Assembly (NCBI GenBank): GCA_049700215.1
Contig: JBNAVT010000036.1
Span: 1 to 14,674 of the forward strand
Direction of reading: 5' to 3'
DNA from: Thermoproteota archaeon
GTDB lineage: Archaea > Thermoproteota > EX4484-205 > JAAOZP01
Length of the DNA stretch: 14,674 nt
This document shows, one piece after another, positions 1 through 7,346 of this stretch. Every line of letters starts with the position of its first letter. Positions within the stretch are counted from its first letter, which is position 1. The translations under genes were made by a program, and so were the position numbers. Under the pieces are notes generated by a model. That model searched no databases, had not been told where the DNA came from, and worked only from the letters and a program-made list of their open reading frames with translations.

Positions 1-480
1 AACCTCCTCTATTTCCTCCCTTCTCCTAAACCTCGGGGGCTTGGCTAGTGGCGGGGGTATTTGAAGAACGTAGTAGGGGGGGATGCCTAGGCCGAACTTG
101 TCCACTAGAACACTGTACCTAGTGATCTTGCTGGCAACCCTGGCCCTGCAGTAGAGCTCAGGATCCAAAGCGTTTTCAGGAGGCACGTATCCCGTTTCAA
201 CCTCGACGACAAGCGTCCCATGGCCCCTGACAGCGTAAACATCGCAGACAAGCCCGCCGCCGAGGTCGTGCTCAACATCAACCTCGTAGCCCTTAAGCAT
301 GAGGTGTTTAGCGCAGACGAGCTCCATCACGGAATGGTTTATCTTCACGAGCCCCTTCTGGCTGAGCTCGATAAGCCTGTTCTTCAGGTTTTCAAGCCCC
401 CTCTTAACATCTTGGTTTACGTTCCTCCCAATCCTGTTAACCAGGGTTTCAACGTCCTCCTCGAACTTGTCTACGGGCAA
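1..480 (-). CDS. Conserved archaeal hypothetical protein with a PD-(D/E)XK nuclease-like motif (partial; 3' end runs off the window)
   Basis: Hand translation, absent from the ORF track: TTG at 480, open to base 1, MPVDKFEEDVETLVNRIG...HSVMELVCAKHLMLKGYEVDVEHDLGGGLVCDVYAVRGHGTLVVEVETGYVPPENALDP... GGAGG SD lies just upstream and a TATA at 508-516. The E...CD...VEVET pattern fits the restriction-endonuclease-like fold. Confidence 0.85.
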   Translation of the reverse strand, partial: MPVDKFEEDVETLVNRIGRNVNQDVKRGLENLKNRLIELSQKGLVKINHSVMELVCAKHLMLKGYEVDVEHDLGGGLVCDVYAVRGHGTLVVEVETGYVPPENALDPELYCRARVASKITRYSVLVDKFGLGIPPYYVLQIPPPLAKPPRFRRREEIEEV

Positions 481-507
481 TTCTCCCTCCCAACCTGTGT
501 CTTACGG

Positions 508-516
508 TTATAAAAA
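508..516 (-). promoter_or_regulatory. TATA box for the <1-480 gene
   Basis: Minus strand reads TTTTTATAA, about 28 nt upstream of the TTG start. Confidence 0.6.
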
Positions 517-567
517 GATTCTGCGGCTGAATCCAGACTTTTAGAGAAGTAACTACAGAATAGGCTC

Positions 568-584
568 CGAAACCCTTTTCTATA
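568..584 (+). promoter_or_regulatory. BRE + TATA-like promoter for the ncRNA candidate
   Basis: CGAAA-CCC-TTTTCTATA, about 22 nt before the 5' end of the closing helix at 605-607. Confidence 0.55.
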
Positions 585-604
585 TTCCACCAGCATACTT
601 CTAC

Positions 605-775
605 AAGCCCGGCGTGGGGAGTAGGCTTGGGCGGGAAGTGGCTGCAAGCCAATCCCGGAAGCAGCCTCCCACCGGTTGCTGGGAGACAACATCAAACAGC
701 AGCTTGGCGGAAGGCAGCGGCTGGGAAAGGCAAACAGCTACAGCTCGTTCAGGCTTAGACCCACCAACCGGGCTT
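605..775 (+). ncRNA. Unassigned structured ncRNA candidate (~170 nt)
   Basis: Ends pair: 605-612/768-775 (8 bp), 614-618/760-764 (5 bp), 622-635/744-757 (14 bp including 5 G-U pairs, which only work on the + strand). Possible internal hairpins at 639-651, 666-685 and 719-739. Promoter upstream, U-tract downstream, no credible ORF. Confidence 0.6.
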
Positions 776-784
776 TCTTTTTTT
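774..784 (+). terminator. Oligo-T archaeal terminator
   Basis: TTTCTTTTTTT directly after the closing stem of the ncRNA candidate. Confidence 0.6.
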
Positions 785-792
785 AAGGCCTC

Positions 793-1614
793 TTAGAAGA
801 GGGATATGCCCCTGGGTAGACTAGCCATCTCACCGTACTGGAAAACCGGGCCGTCTAGACACACATGCTTCCCTCCGAAATGACAGTGCCCGCATTTTCC
901 GATTCCACACCTCATCCTGCTCTCAAGCGAGGCGTAAATATTCTCCTTCGAGTAGCCTAGCTCGACAAGCCTCCTTAAGACGAATCTTATCATGACGGGG
1001 GGGCCGCATGTGCAGACTATTGCCTCAGCCTTGTTGAGCAAAGGCTTTCCAAGTATTGTCGTGACTACCCCAACGCTACCATCCCAGCCCTCCTCCCCCA
1101 CGTCGACAGTCAGGTGGAGCTTCACGCCGCGGCCAGCCCACTCTTCAAACTCATCCCTGTACATGAGTAGTGAGGGCGTTCTCGCACCGTAGCAAACAGC
1201 TATCTCGCCATACTTATCCCTCTCTCCCAGCAGGTGGAGGACGAGGGATCTTAAAGGTGCCAAGCCTATTCCACCCCCCACCATCAGAATATCTCTGCCA
1301 CTCATCTTTTCAACGGGCCAGCCCCGGCCGTAGGGCCCCCTCACGCCAACCTCGTCGCCAACACGGGCTTCGTGAACCATCCTAGTGACGCTACCCATCC
1401 TCCTGATGCTGAACTGCAGATGATCCTTGTCGAAGGGGGAGGAGCATATTGAGAATGGAGCCTCACCCACGCCGTAGACAGTGAGCATCGCGAACTGGCC
1501 TGGCGTGAAGCCTCCGAAATGGTTTGGGCTCAGCGTAACCGTCTTGGTGTCAGGAGCCTCGTCTTTAACCCTGACTATCCTAGCCGGCTTAGGAGCATAA
1601 GGGTTCAGCCCCAT
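793..1614 (-). CDS. flxA: FAD/NAD(P)-binding oxidoreductase with C-terminal [2Fe-2S] cluster (FlxA / AsrB / PyrK-like)
   Basis: PGQF, EAPFSICS, RGPYG, GGGIGLAP, CGPPVM and MRCGIGKCGHC..VCLDGPVF motifs. Start moved from 1674 to the ATG at 1614 (MGLNPY), which has GGAGG at 1625-1629. Confidence 0.9.
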   Translation of the reverse strand: MGLNPYAPKPARIVRVKDEAPDTKTVTLSPNHFGGFTPGQFAMLTVYGVGEAPFSICSSPFDKDHLQFSIRRMGSVTRMVHEARVGDEVGVRGPYGRGWPVEKMSGRDILMVGGGIGLAPLRSLVLHLLGERDKYGEIAVCYGARTPSLLMYRDEFEEWAGRGVKLHLTVDVGEEGWDGSVGVVTTILGKPLLNKAEAIVCTCGPPVMIRFVLRRLVELGYSKENIYASLESRMRCGIGKCGHCHFGGKHVCLDGPVFQYGEMASLPRGISLF

Positions 1615-2627
1615 CTTTTCAAAACCTCCCTTATGTCCACGCCAGTGGGGCAGAGCGAGACGCATCTCCCGCACCCGACGCAGCCGTAGGCGTTGAATGC
1701 GAGCGGGATCCTGCTTAGCTTATGGCAGAACCTGTGGCAGAACCTGTCGACCCTGCTCGCCCTCGGGTCTAGGCCGCTCGCCATCCTTGTGAAGAATGGG
1801 GAGGCACAGGTGTCCCAGCCTTTCGCCCTCACGTAAGCATTCTTCTCTAAATAATCCTCAGTGTCGAAACAGTAGCAGACCGGGCAGACGAATGAGCAGA
1901 GGCTGCACTCCAAACACCTCTGAGCAGCCTGCTGGAAATATTCTTCGCCAAGCTTTTCCTCAAGCTTAACCAGCTGTTCCCCGACTGTTTTAATCCTGCC
2001 CTCCATCTCCCCAGTCAGCCTACGAGACAGTTCTCCATACTCCTCCAAATGCTCAGCACCAGCTTTCTCGAAGAGGCTTCTGAAACCGTTTACTAGAAGC
2101 TTGCCCCTCCCACTCCTCTCCTCAACCAGGAAGCCCCCCGTTATCCGCGTAAGGGTAACATCCTCGCCGGAGCCCCTGACTGGACCCGTTTGGAAAACAT
2201 TGCAGAAACATTCCTCCCCAGGCCTAGCGCAGGAGAGGCTTACGACAGTAGTGCTCATCCTCCTAGACTCGTAGAAGGGGTCTGGGTACGGAGGCTTCAG
2301 CAGAACCTTGTCCAGGACGCTTAAGGCGGAGGCGTCGCACGGCCTGACGGCGAGCAGCACTGTTTCAACGCTTCCCCCAGGCTCCTGGCGGACCCCTGTC
2401 TCAGGATCATGCTTGAAAACCACCTCCCTCTGCGGGATGAAGAAACGCTTCGGGGGCAGCCTCGTATTAGTGTAATCCAGGGAGGCTTCCCTAGCATTTT
2501 TAATGGCTTTGAAGTCGAAGTAGCCGTCTGTCTCAACGGGCGCGATGACTTTTCTACTTGAGACAAGCTCCTCAAGGAGAAGCTTGAAACCGTCTTCACT
2601 TATGAAGAGCATGCTGGCCAGCCTCAA
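1605..2627 (-). CDS. flxB: 4Fe-4S dicluster protein (FlxB / AsrA / sulfhydrogenase beta-like)
   Basis: RPCD, CFC, CLECSLCSFVCPVCYC, WDTC, CVGCGRCVSLCP. TTG start overlaps the upstream TGA (TTGA). Confidence 0.85.
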   Translation of the reverse strand: MRLASMLFISEDGFKLLLEELVSSRKVIAPVETDGYFDFKAIKNAREASLDYTNTRLPPKRFFIPQREVVFKHDPETGVRQEPGGSVETVLLAVRPCDASALSVLDKVLLKPPYPDPFYESRRMSTTVVSLSCARPGEECFCNVFQTGPVRGSGEDVTLTRITGGFLVEERSGRGKLLVNGFRSLFEKAGAEHLEEYGELSRRLTGEMEGRIKTVGEQLVKLEEKLGEEYFQQAAQRCLECSLCSFVCPVCYCFDTEDYLEKNAYVRAKGWDTCASPFFTRMASGLDPRASRVDRFCHRFCHKLSRIPLAFNAYGCVGCGRCVSLCPTGVDIREVLKRWG

Positions 2628-3442
2628 CCACCCTCCTTGAAGACAAGCGCAGGAGGCGCCTCGCCAATCCTGCTCCCTGGAACATAGCCGTAGTTCTCCC
2701 TGAACCAGTGGTTAAGCTCATGGTAAAGCCTTGTCAAAGGGATTTCAACGGGGCAGGCGGATTCGCAAGCGCCGCACTCGACGCAGCGCCCAGCCATGTG
2801 GAGAGCCCTGGTAAGGTGGAACGTGAAAAGCTCCTTGGAATCCCTAAGCCTGTGAACCAGGTCCGGCTTAAAACCTTCTATAGAGCACTCCGTACAGTAG
2901 CAGAGTGGGCATGCTTTAACACACGCTAAGCATTTCAAGCATTTCGCGAACAGGCTCAGCCAGTCTGAAGCATGAGCCGTGGCGCCAGGGGACCCCCCCG
3001 GGGAACTCTGGTCATCGGCCTTCACAAGATAGTCTGCAACAGGCGAAACCCGTGAGACGCATCTCCCACAGTATTCCGCAGGAATGCTCGCGGCGCCGGC
3101 TGAACCGTATTTAACAGGCTTATTGACCCCGGTGCACTCCACAGCTATAACAATAATGTTCTCCCTGTCGACCTGGTTCTCATTCACCAGCTCCACGATG
3201 GATCTTCCGTCGCAACCCTTGGCGACAACCCCAACCCTCCTGCCCCTGAGGCTCCTCAAGTATTTCGCGAGGTTGAACCAGCATTCAGGGTTCCATACGA
3301 GCCTCCCAGCCTCCTCAGGCTTCGAGACGAAGCACGGCCTAACGCTTTTCCCGTAACGCTCATAACCCAAGACCAGCTCGACAACCCTGTTCTCCAAAAG
3401 GCTTCTAGCGATGCTTCTCAAGTCGTCCTCAGCCCTGCTCAA
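2624..3442 (-). CDS. flxC: FdhB/FrhB-like 4Fe-4S protein (FlxC)
   Basis: NLAKYL, KGCDGRSIVEL, CLKCLACVKACPLCYCTEC, HMAGRCVECGACESACP. Position in the operon fits. Confidence 0.85.
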   Translation of the reverse strand: MSRAEDDLRSIARSLLENRVVELVLGYERYGKSVRPCFVSKPEEAGRLVWNPECWFNLAKYLRSLRGRRVGVVAKGCDGRSIVELVNENQVDRENIIVIAVECTGVNKPVKYGSAGAASIPAEYCGRCVSRVSPVADYLVKADDQSSPGGSPGATAHASDWLSLFAKCLKCLACVKACPLCYCTECSIEGFKPDLVHRLRDSKELFTFHLTRALHMAGRCVECGACESACPVEIPLTRLYHELNHWFRENYGYVPGSRIGEAPPALVFKEGG

Positions 3443-3851
3443 CCATCCTCCCCCCTATGTTCAAGGGGCCGAGCCTCTCAACCTCCCCGAGTATTCTTGA
3501 AACCTCTCTGGAGAAGAGGCCTCCCTCGTTAGAAGAGATCCAGAGTATTCTCAGCCTATCCTCCTCAACCCCGATCGTCTTCAAAAGCCTCCTGAGGAGG
3601 CTTACCCTAGCCTCCGTAATCCTGCTCGGCGCAACACTCCTGAGCTCGCTCGGCCTGCAAGCCGTCACCAAGACGGTGTCAGCACCCTTCTCGAAAGCCT
3701 TGACGATCAGGCTCGGGTTGATGATCGCGGAGCAGGGAACCCTGATTGTTAAAAAGTTGGGAGGGTAGGTGAAGCCTTCGAACCCGGCTTGGTCGACACC
3801 GGAGCCTGAACACCAGCATGTGAAAACTATTATCCTAGGCTTCCACGCCAA
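3429..3851 (-). CDS. mvhD: MvhD/FlxD hydrogenase iron-sulfur (delta) subunit, divergent
   Basis: IIVFTCWC..AG...YPPN...IRVPCSA.INP...KAFEKGAD.VLV.AC...GVEEDRLRILWISSNEG..F matches the MvhD/FlpD family. TTG start with GGAGG SD. Confidence 0.88.
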   Translation of the reverse strand: MAWKPRIIVFTCWCSGSGVDQAGFEGFTYPPNFLTIRVPCSAIINPSLIVKAFEKGADTVLVTACRPSELRSVAPSRITEARVSLLRRLLKTIGVEEDRLRILWISSNEGGLFSREVSRILGEVERLGPLNIGGRMVEQG

Positions 3852-3854
3852 AAC

Positions 3855-6800
3855 CTAGTCCTCCAGCATCGCTGAAACCTGGGGGGCGAGCTGCTCCAGA
3901 CCCCAGTTGCCGAGAGTAATCGCTTCCTGGGGGCATGTTGCCAAGCATGCTCCACACCCGTTGCAAACACTCTCTAGAACCCTAACCTTGTCCCCCTCCC
4001 TGACTATGGCGCCGTATTCGCATGAAGACAAGCATCTCCCGCAGCCGGTACACTTCTCCGCAGAGACCTCAGCGGCCTCCGGAAGCCTAAGGCTACTCCT
4101 CCTGAATAGGCTTGTAACCAGCGCGGCTGCGCCACTCCCCTCGACAGCGCTCTCAACAATATCCCTTGGGCCGTGGCATGTGCCGGCGACGAATACTCCC
4201 CTAACCCTTGTTTCAAGCGGCTTCATCTTGGCGTGAGCCTCCTGGATAAACCCGTGCTTATCAACAGTGACGCCGAGCCTCCTGGCGAGCTCAACCATCC
4301 TCCCGGAGGGCTTGAAGCCCAGTGCTAGAACAACCATATCCACCTCCAGCTCGCCCCTCCTGCCTGTTAAAGTATCCTCGTAGACTATCTGAAGATTCCC
4401 GTTTCCAGCCCTCCTTATCTCGGACGGCCTCGACCTTATGAAGACCACACCCTCCTCCAGACACCTCCTGTAGAGAAGATCCTCCCAGCCTTTCCCGAAG
4501 GCCCTCAGCTCGTTGTAGAATATGAAGACCCTGGCCTCCCTGTCGTGCTCAAGGATCAGCCTAGCCTCCTTCATGCTTGCGGCGCAGCAGTAGTATGAGC
4601 ACTCCTCTATGCCTGGTCCAGACTCCCTTGACCCGACGCACTGTATGAAAGCCACCCTCTTAGCAGGCTTCCCATCCCTCCTGAGGAGTACTCCCCCGGT
4701 TGGGCCTGAGGCGCATATTATTCTCTCGAACTCCATGTTTGTTATAACGTTCTCATACTCCCCGTAGTGGTACTCTGGTTTAAGCCTGGGGTTGAAAAGG
4801 TCTGAGCCGACTGCGACAACTATGGCTCCAACGTTCAGCTCAACATTCTTAGGCTCGTCCCCAAGGTTTATCGCTGCCCTGGTGCAAGCCTTCATGCAGA
4901 GCCCGCATTCAACACAGTAATCCATGTTTATCACGTATTTCAATGGTACGGCTTGCGCGAAGGGGCAGTATATTGCTTTAACAGGCTTAAGGTCAGCATC
5001 ATACTTGTTAGGCTGGTAGACGGGGCAGACGTTAACACACTCCCCGCAGCCGTTACACTTGTCAGGATCCACATAAGTAGGGTTAACCCTGACCCTGACC
5101 TTGAAGTCGCCAACCCTACCTTTTACTTCAACAACCTCAGCGTTGGGAATAATAGTAATATTCTTATTCCTGCCTGCTTCAGAGAGGAGTGGACCCTCGA
5201 TACAGTTACTGACCACGAATGCTCCCTTTGGAATAAAACAATGCGTAGGATCCACCGTTATGTCATAGACATAGTCGTCTGTTGAGGGCACTATTCGCAG
5301 TTCCTCAACCCTATCTAAGAAGAATTCTGTTTTGAGAATTCCTTGAAGCTTTATAAAATCAGGGTCATTTCTGACAACGATTCTTTTAACGGCTTTGAGC
5401 ACACGATTCAGGTTTTTAGACGTGATCCTACATTTTTGACGCATAACTCTAATCATGTTTGAGTGAGCAAGTGGAAAAACTCTTAGAGGAATGCGATATC
5501 TTCGTTTAAGATTTGATATCAACCTTCCACATTCCAGAGGCATTTCGTCGAACAATCCGCCGCTTGACTTTCGAAATCTAAGACGTGTGGCGATCCTTCT
5601 TAACCTTAGCGATTTTTCAGGATGGCTGGAACCTACCTTCTTAACAAACCGCAGTACATCCTCGCTGCCCGAAATATCGACTATAACCCTACCTTTGTAT
5701 TCATACACTTTACTTAAAATCCCAAGCCTTTTAAGAAGCAAGTATAACCCGTACCCGTATTCATATTCATCACCGAGTGGGAAACCGATTTTCGCAGCCA
5801 CCCAATTAGGCTTCTCGATTAACACTGCATAACCGTCTCCATCAAAGAAGCCCTTTAAGAATGCTGCAACCAGCTTCTCGTGAAGCCGAAAAACAGGCCT
5901 CAGATCCTCCTTCACCCTCAACTTTTTAGCAAGCTCTGTGAGGATCCTGTTTTTCACCTGAACAACGGTTCTTTTCTTCTGATTTGGACTTTCAGGCTTT
6001 AAGTAGGTAAGGCAGGCAGCTCTGGTTGGAAATATTTCTTTATAGTTCTTCAGAAACAGTTTTATGAGTTGCCTGTTAGTATTATAAAATCTAATTCTTT
6101 CTGCTTCTACACACCCATCGGATGCAACCAACCCAAGAAGATACATTAATTTTTCATTGAGAAACCGGGGCTTAAGACGAATCTTCCCACCAGCTCCTTG
6201 ATACGTAAGTGCACCAACCTTTCTTTTAACTCTATTCCAATCAAAACCCACTGCTTCACAAGCCTTTTTCAGTTCACCTACTGAGAGAAAGTACTCAGTC
6301 CTTTGTAAAACATCATATGGAATGTTCAAGAGTGAGGAAGCGTTCCGCAATGTAGTAAATTTCTCCCTTAACTTATTACGGACTATTCTATTAAGATCGA
6401 TATCAGCAACTTTAAAAGAATCCTCAGGAAGCAGATCAATAATCCATTCTCTTGAGGCTTTAACTTTAAGTTTTCTTGGCGAGTATAGTCTGTCACCTGC
6501 TTTAAGCCGTTCACATTCAATCCAAATAGGACCCCCCGGAGAATCTACTAATATTTTATGATCCCGTGTGAAGCGTAATTTTGCTCCAGTACTGGTTTTA
6601 ACCTCAACCAGCGTTTTTGGAGAAGCTAGTTTTTGAGCGGAGATTATTTTACACTGCTTTAGAGAATGAGAGTTGAAGGAGTATGTTAAAAGCGCATCCC
6701 TATGCGAAGTCCTATTTACATCGGAGAGCTTGCCGACCAGCTCCCTTAAGGTAATGATCGTCCCGTCGTGGAGAATAATCTCAGAGTCACCAGGCATGCA

Positions 6801-7346
6801 TATGGAGCAGTCTAAAGTCGGAAACGTTTTGTCGAGCTGAGCCATCACACCACCTATGCTCGGCTCCTTTTCAACGATGTAGACACGGTAGCCGGCGTCA
6901 GCAATGTCTAGAGCACACCTGACGCCCGCTATGCCTCCCCCTATGACGAGCGCCTCCCTCGTAATCTTCAAACCCTCCACGCCGGGGGGCTGAGACGCGC
7001 GCAGAGCCTTCTGGACACCTCCTTTCACGAGGCGGATTGCCTTTAAAGTCGCCTCCTCCCTGCTTTCGCAAGCCCAGGCGCACTGTTCCCTTATGTTGAC
7101 GAACTCCACTAGACTAGGCTTTCCGAAAACAGCTTCGAGAAGCCTGCTTGAACACGCTGCGACAACAATCCTACCATCATCCCTCAAGCCAAGGTTTTCG
7201 CAAGCGTTTTCCTCGCACAGGCTATCGGTGATTAAAACCCTCCTCACGAGAGGACTGCTGGAAAACACGCTTCTAAGCCTGTCGAAATCAATCTTCTCCA
7301 GCAGGGTTGAGCAGCAGGTGCAGAGCACGACTGTCACACGCCTCAA
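3855..7346 (-). CDS. hdrA: Heterodisulfide reductase subunit A, intein-containing precursor (1163 aa; about 631 aa after splicing)
   Basis: NIREQC, VIGGGIAG FAD motif, QLDKTFPTLDCSI|CI, an inserted ferredoxin domain, MEFER, QCVGSR, CSYYCC..SMK, GVFVAG...GPRDI and a C-terminal 2x[4Fe-4S] domain. Confidence 0.96.
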   Translation of the reverse strand: MRRVTVVLCTCCSTLLEKIDFDRLRSVFSSSPLVRRVLITDSLCEENACENLGLRDDGRIVVAACSSRLLEAVFGKPSLVEFVNIREQCAWACESREEATLKAIRLVKGGVQKALRASQPPGVEGLKITREALVIGGGIAGVRCALDIADAGYRVYIVEKEPSIGGVMAQLDKTFPTLDCSICMPGDSEIILHDGTIITLRELVGKLSDVNRTSHRDALLTYSFNSHSLKQCKIISAQKLASPKTLVEVKTSTGAKLRFTRDHKILVDSPGGPIWIECERLKAGDRLYSPRKLKVKASREWIIDLLPEDSFKVADIDLNRIVRNKLREKFTTLRNASSLLNIPYDVLQRTEYFLSVGELKKACEAVGFDWNRVKRKVGALTYQGAGGKIRLKPRFLNEKLMYLLGLVASDGCVEAERIRFYNTNRQLIKLFLKNYKEIFPTRAACLTYLKPESPNQKKRTVVQVKNRILTELAKKLRVKEDLRPVFRLHEKLVAAFLKGFFDGDGYAVLIEKPNWVAAKIGFPLGDEYEYGYGLYLLLKRLGILSKVYEYKGRVIVDISGSEDVLRFVKKVGSSHPEKSLRLRRIATRLRFRKSSGGLFDEMPLECGRLISNLKRRYRIPLRVFPLAHSNMIRVMRQKCRITSKNLNRVLKAVKRIVVRNDPDFIKLQGILKTEFFLDRVEELRIVPSTDDYVYDITVDPTHCFIPKGAFVVSNCIEGPLLSEAGRNKNITIIPNAEVVEVKGRVGDFKVRVRVNPTYVDPDKCNGCGECVNVCPVYQPNKYDADLKPVKAIYCPFAQAVPLKYVINMDYCVECGLCMKACTRAAINLGDEPKNVELNVGAIVVAVGSDLFNPRLKPEYHYGEYENVITNMEFERIICASGPTGGVLLRRDGKPAKRVAFIQCVGSRESGPGIEECSYYCCAASMKEARLILEHDREARVFIFYNELRAFGKGWEDLLYRRCLEEGVVFIRSRPSEIRRAGNGNLQIVYEDTLTGRRGELEVDMVVLALGFKPSGRMVELARRLGVTVDKHGFIQEAHAKMKPLETRVRGVFVAGTCHGPRDIVESAVEGSGAAALVTSLFRRSSLRLPEAAEVSAEKCTGCGRCLSSCEYGAIVREGDKVRVLESVCNGCGACLATCPQEAITLGNWGLEQLAPQVSAMLED
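5205..6800 (-). mobile_element. Intein (532 aa, residues 183-714) with LAGLIDADG homing endonuclease
   Basis: Block A CMPGDSEI, block B TRDH, LAGLIDADG motifs LLGLVASDG (~6113-6140) and FLKGFFDGDG (~5833-5862), block F YVYDITVDPTHCF, block G VVSN followed by Cys+1. Removing it restores FPTLDCSICIEGP. Markedly AT-richer than the flanks. Confidence 0.96.

Noticed and set aside
605-775. Identification as RNase P RNA, SRP RNA or cobalamin riboswitch
   Set aside because: GGCUUA near the 3' end, GGAAGCAGCC and GGGAA..UGCAA / CUGGGAA resemble those families. However, there is no GAGGAA-type CR-I with a pairable P4, no SRP helix-8 CAGG/AGCA loop, and no downstream same-strand gene for a riboswitch.
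220-796. Short ORFs 220-513, 299-544, 449-652, 471-695 and 614-796
   Set aside because: They are antisense shadows of the real <1-480 gene or overlap the promoter/ncRNA region, and show no recognisable protein features.
1615-1674. N-terminal 20 aa of the 293-aa flxA ORF
   Set aside because: It overlaps the flxB ferredoxin motif. The ATG at 1614 has an SD and matches the family start (NPY).
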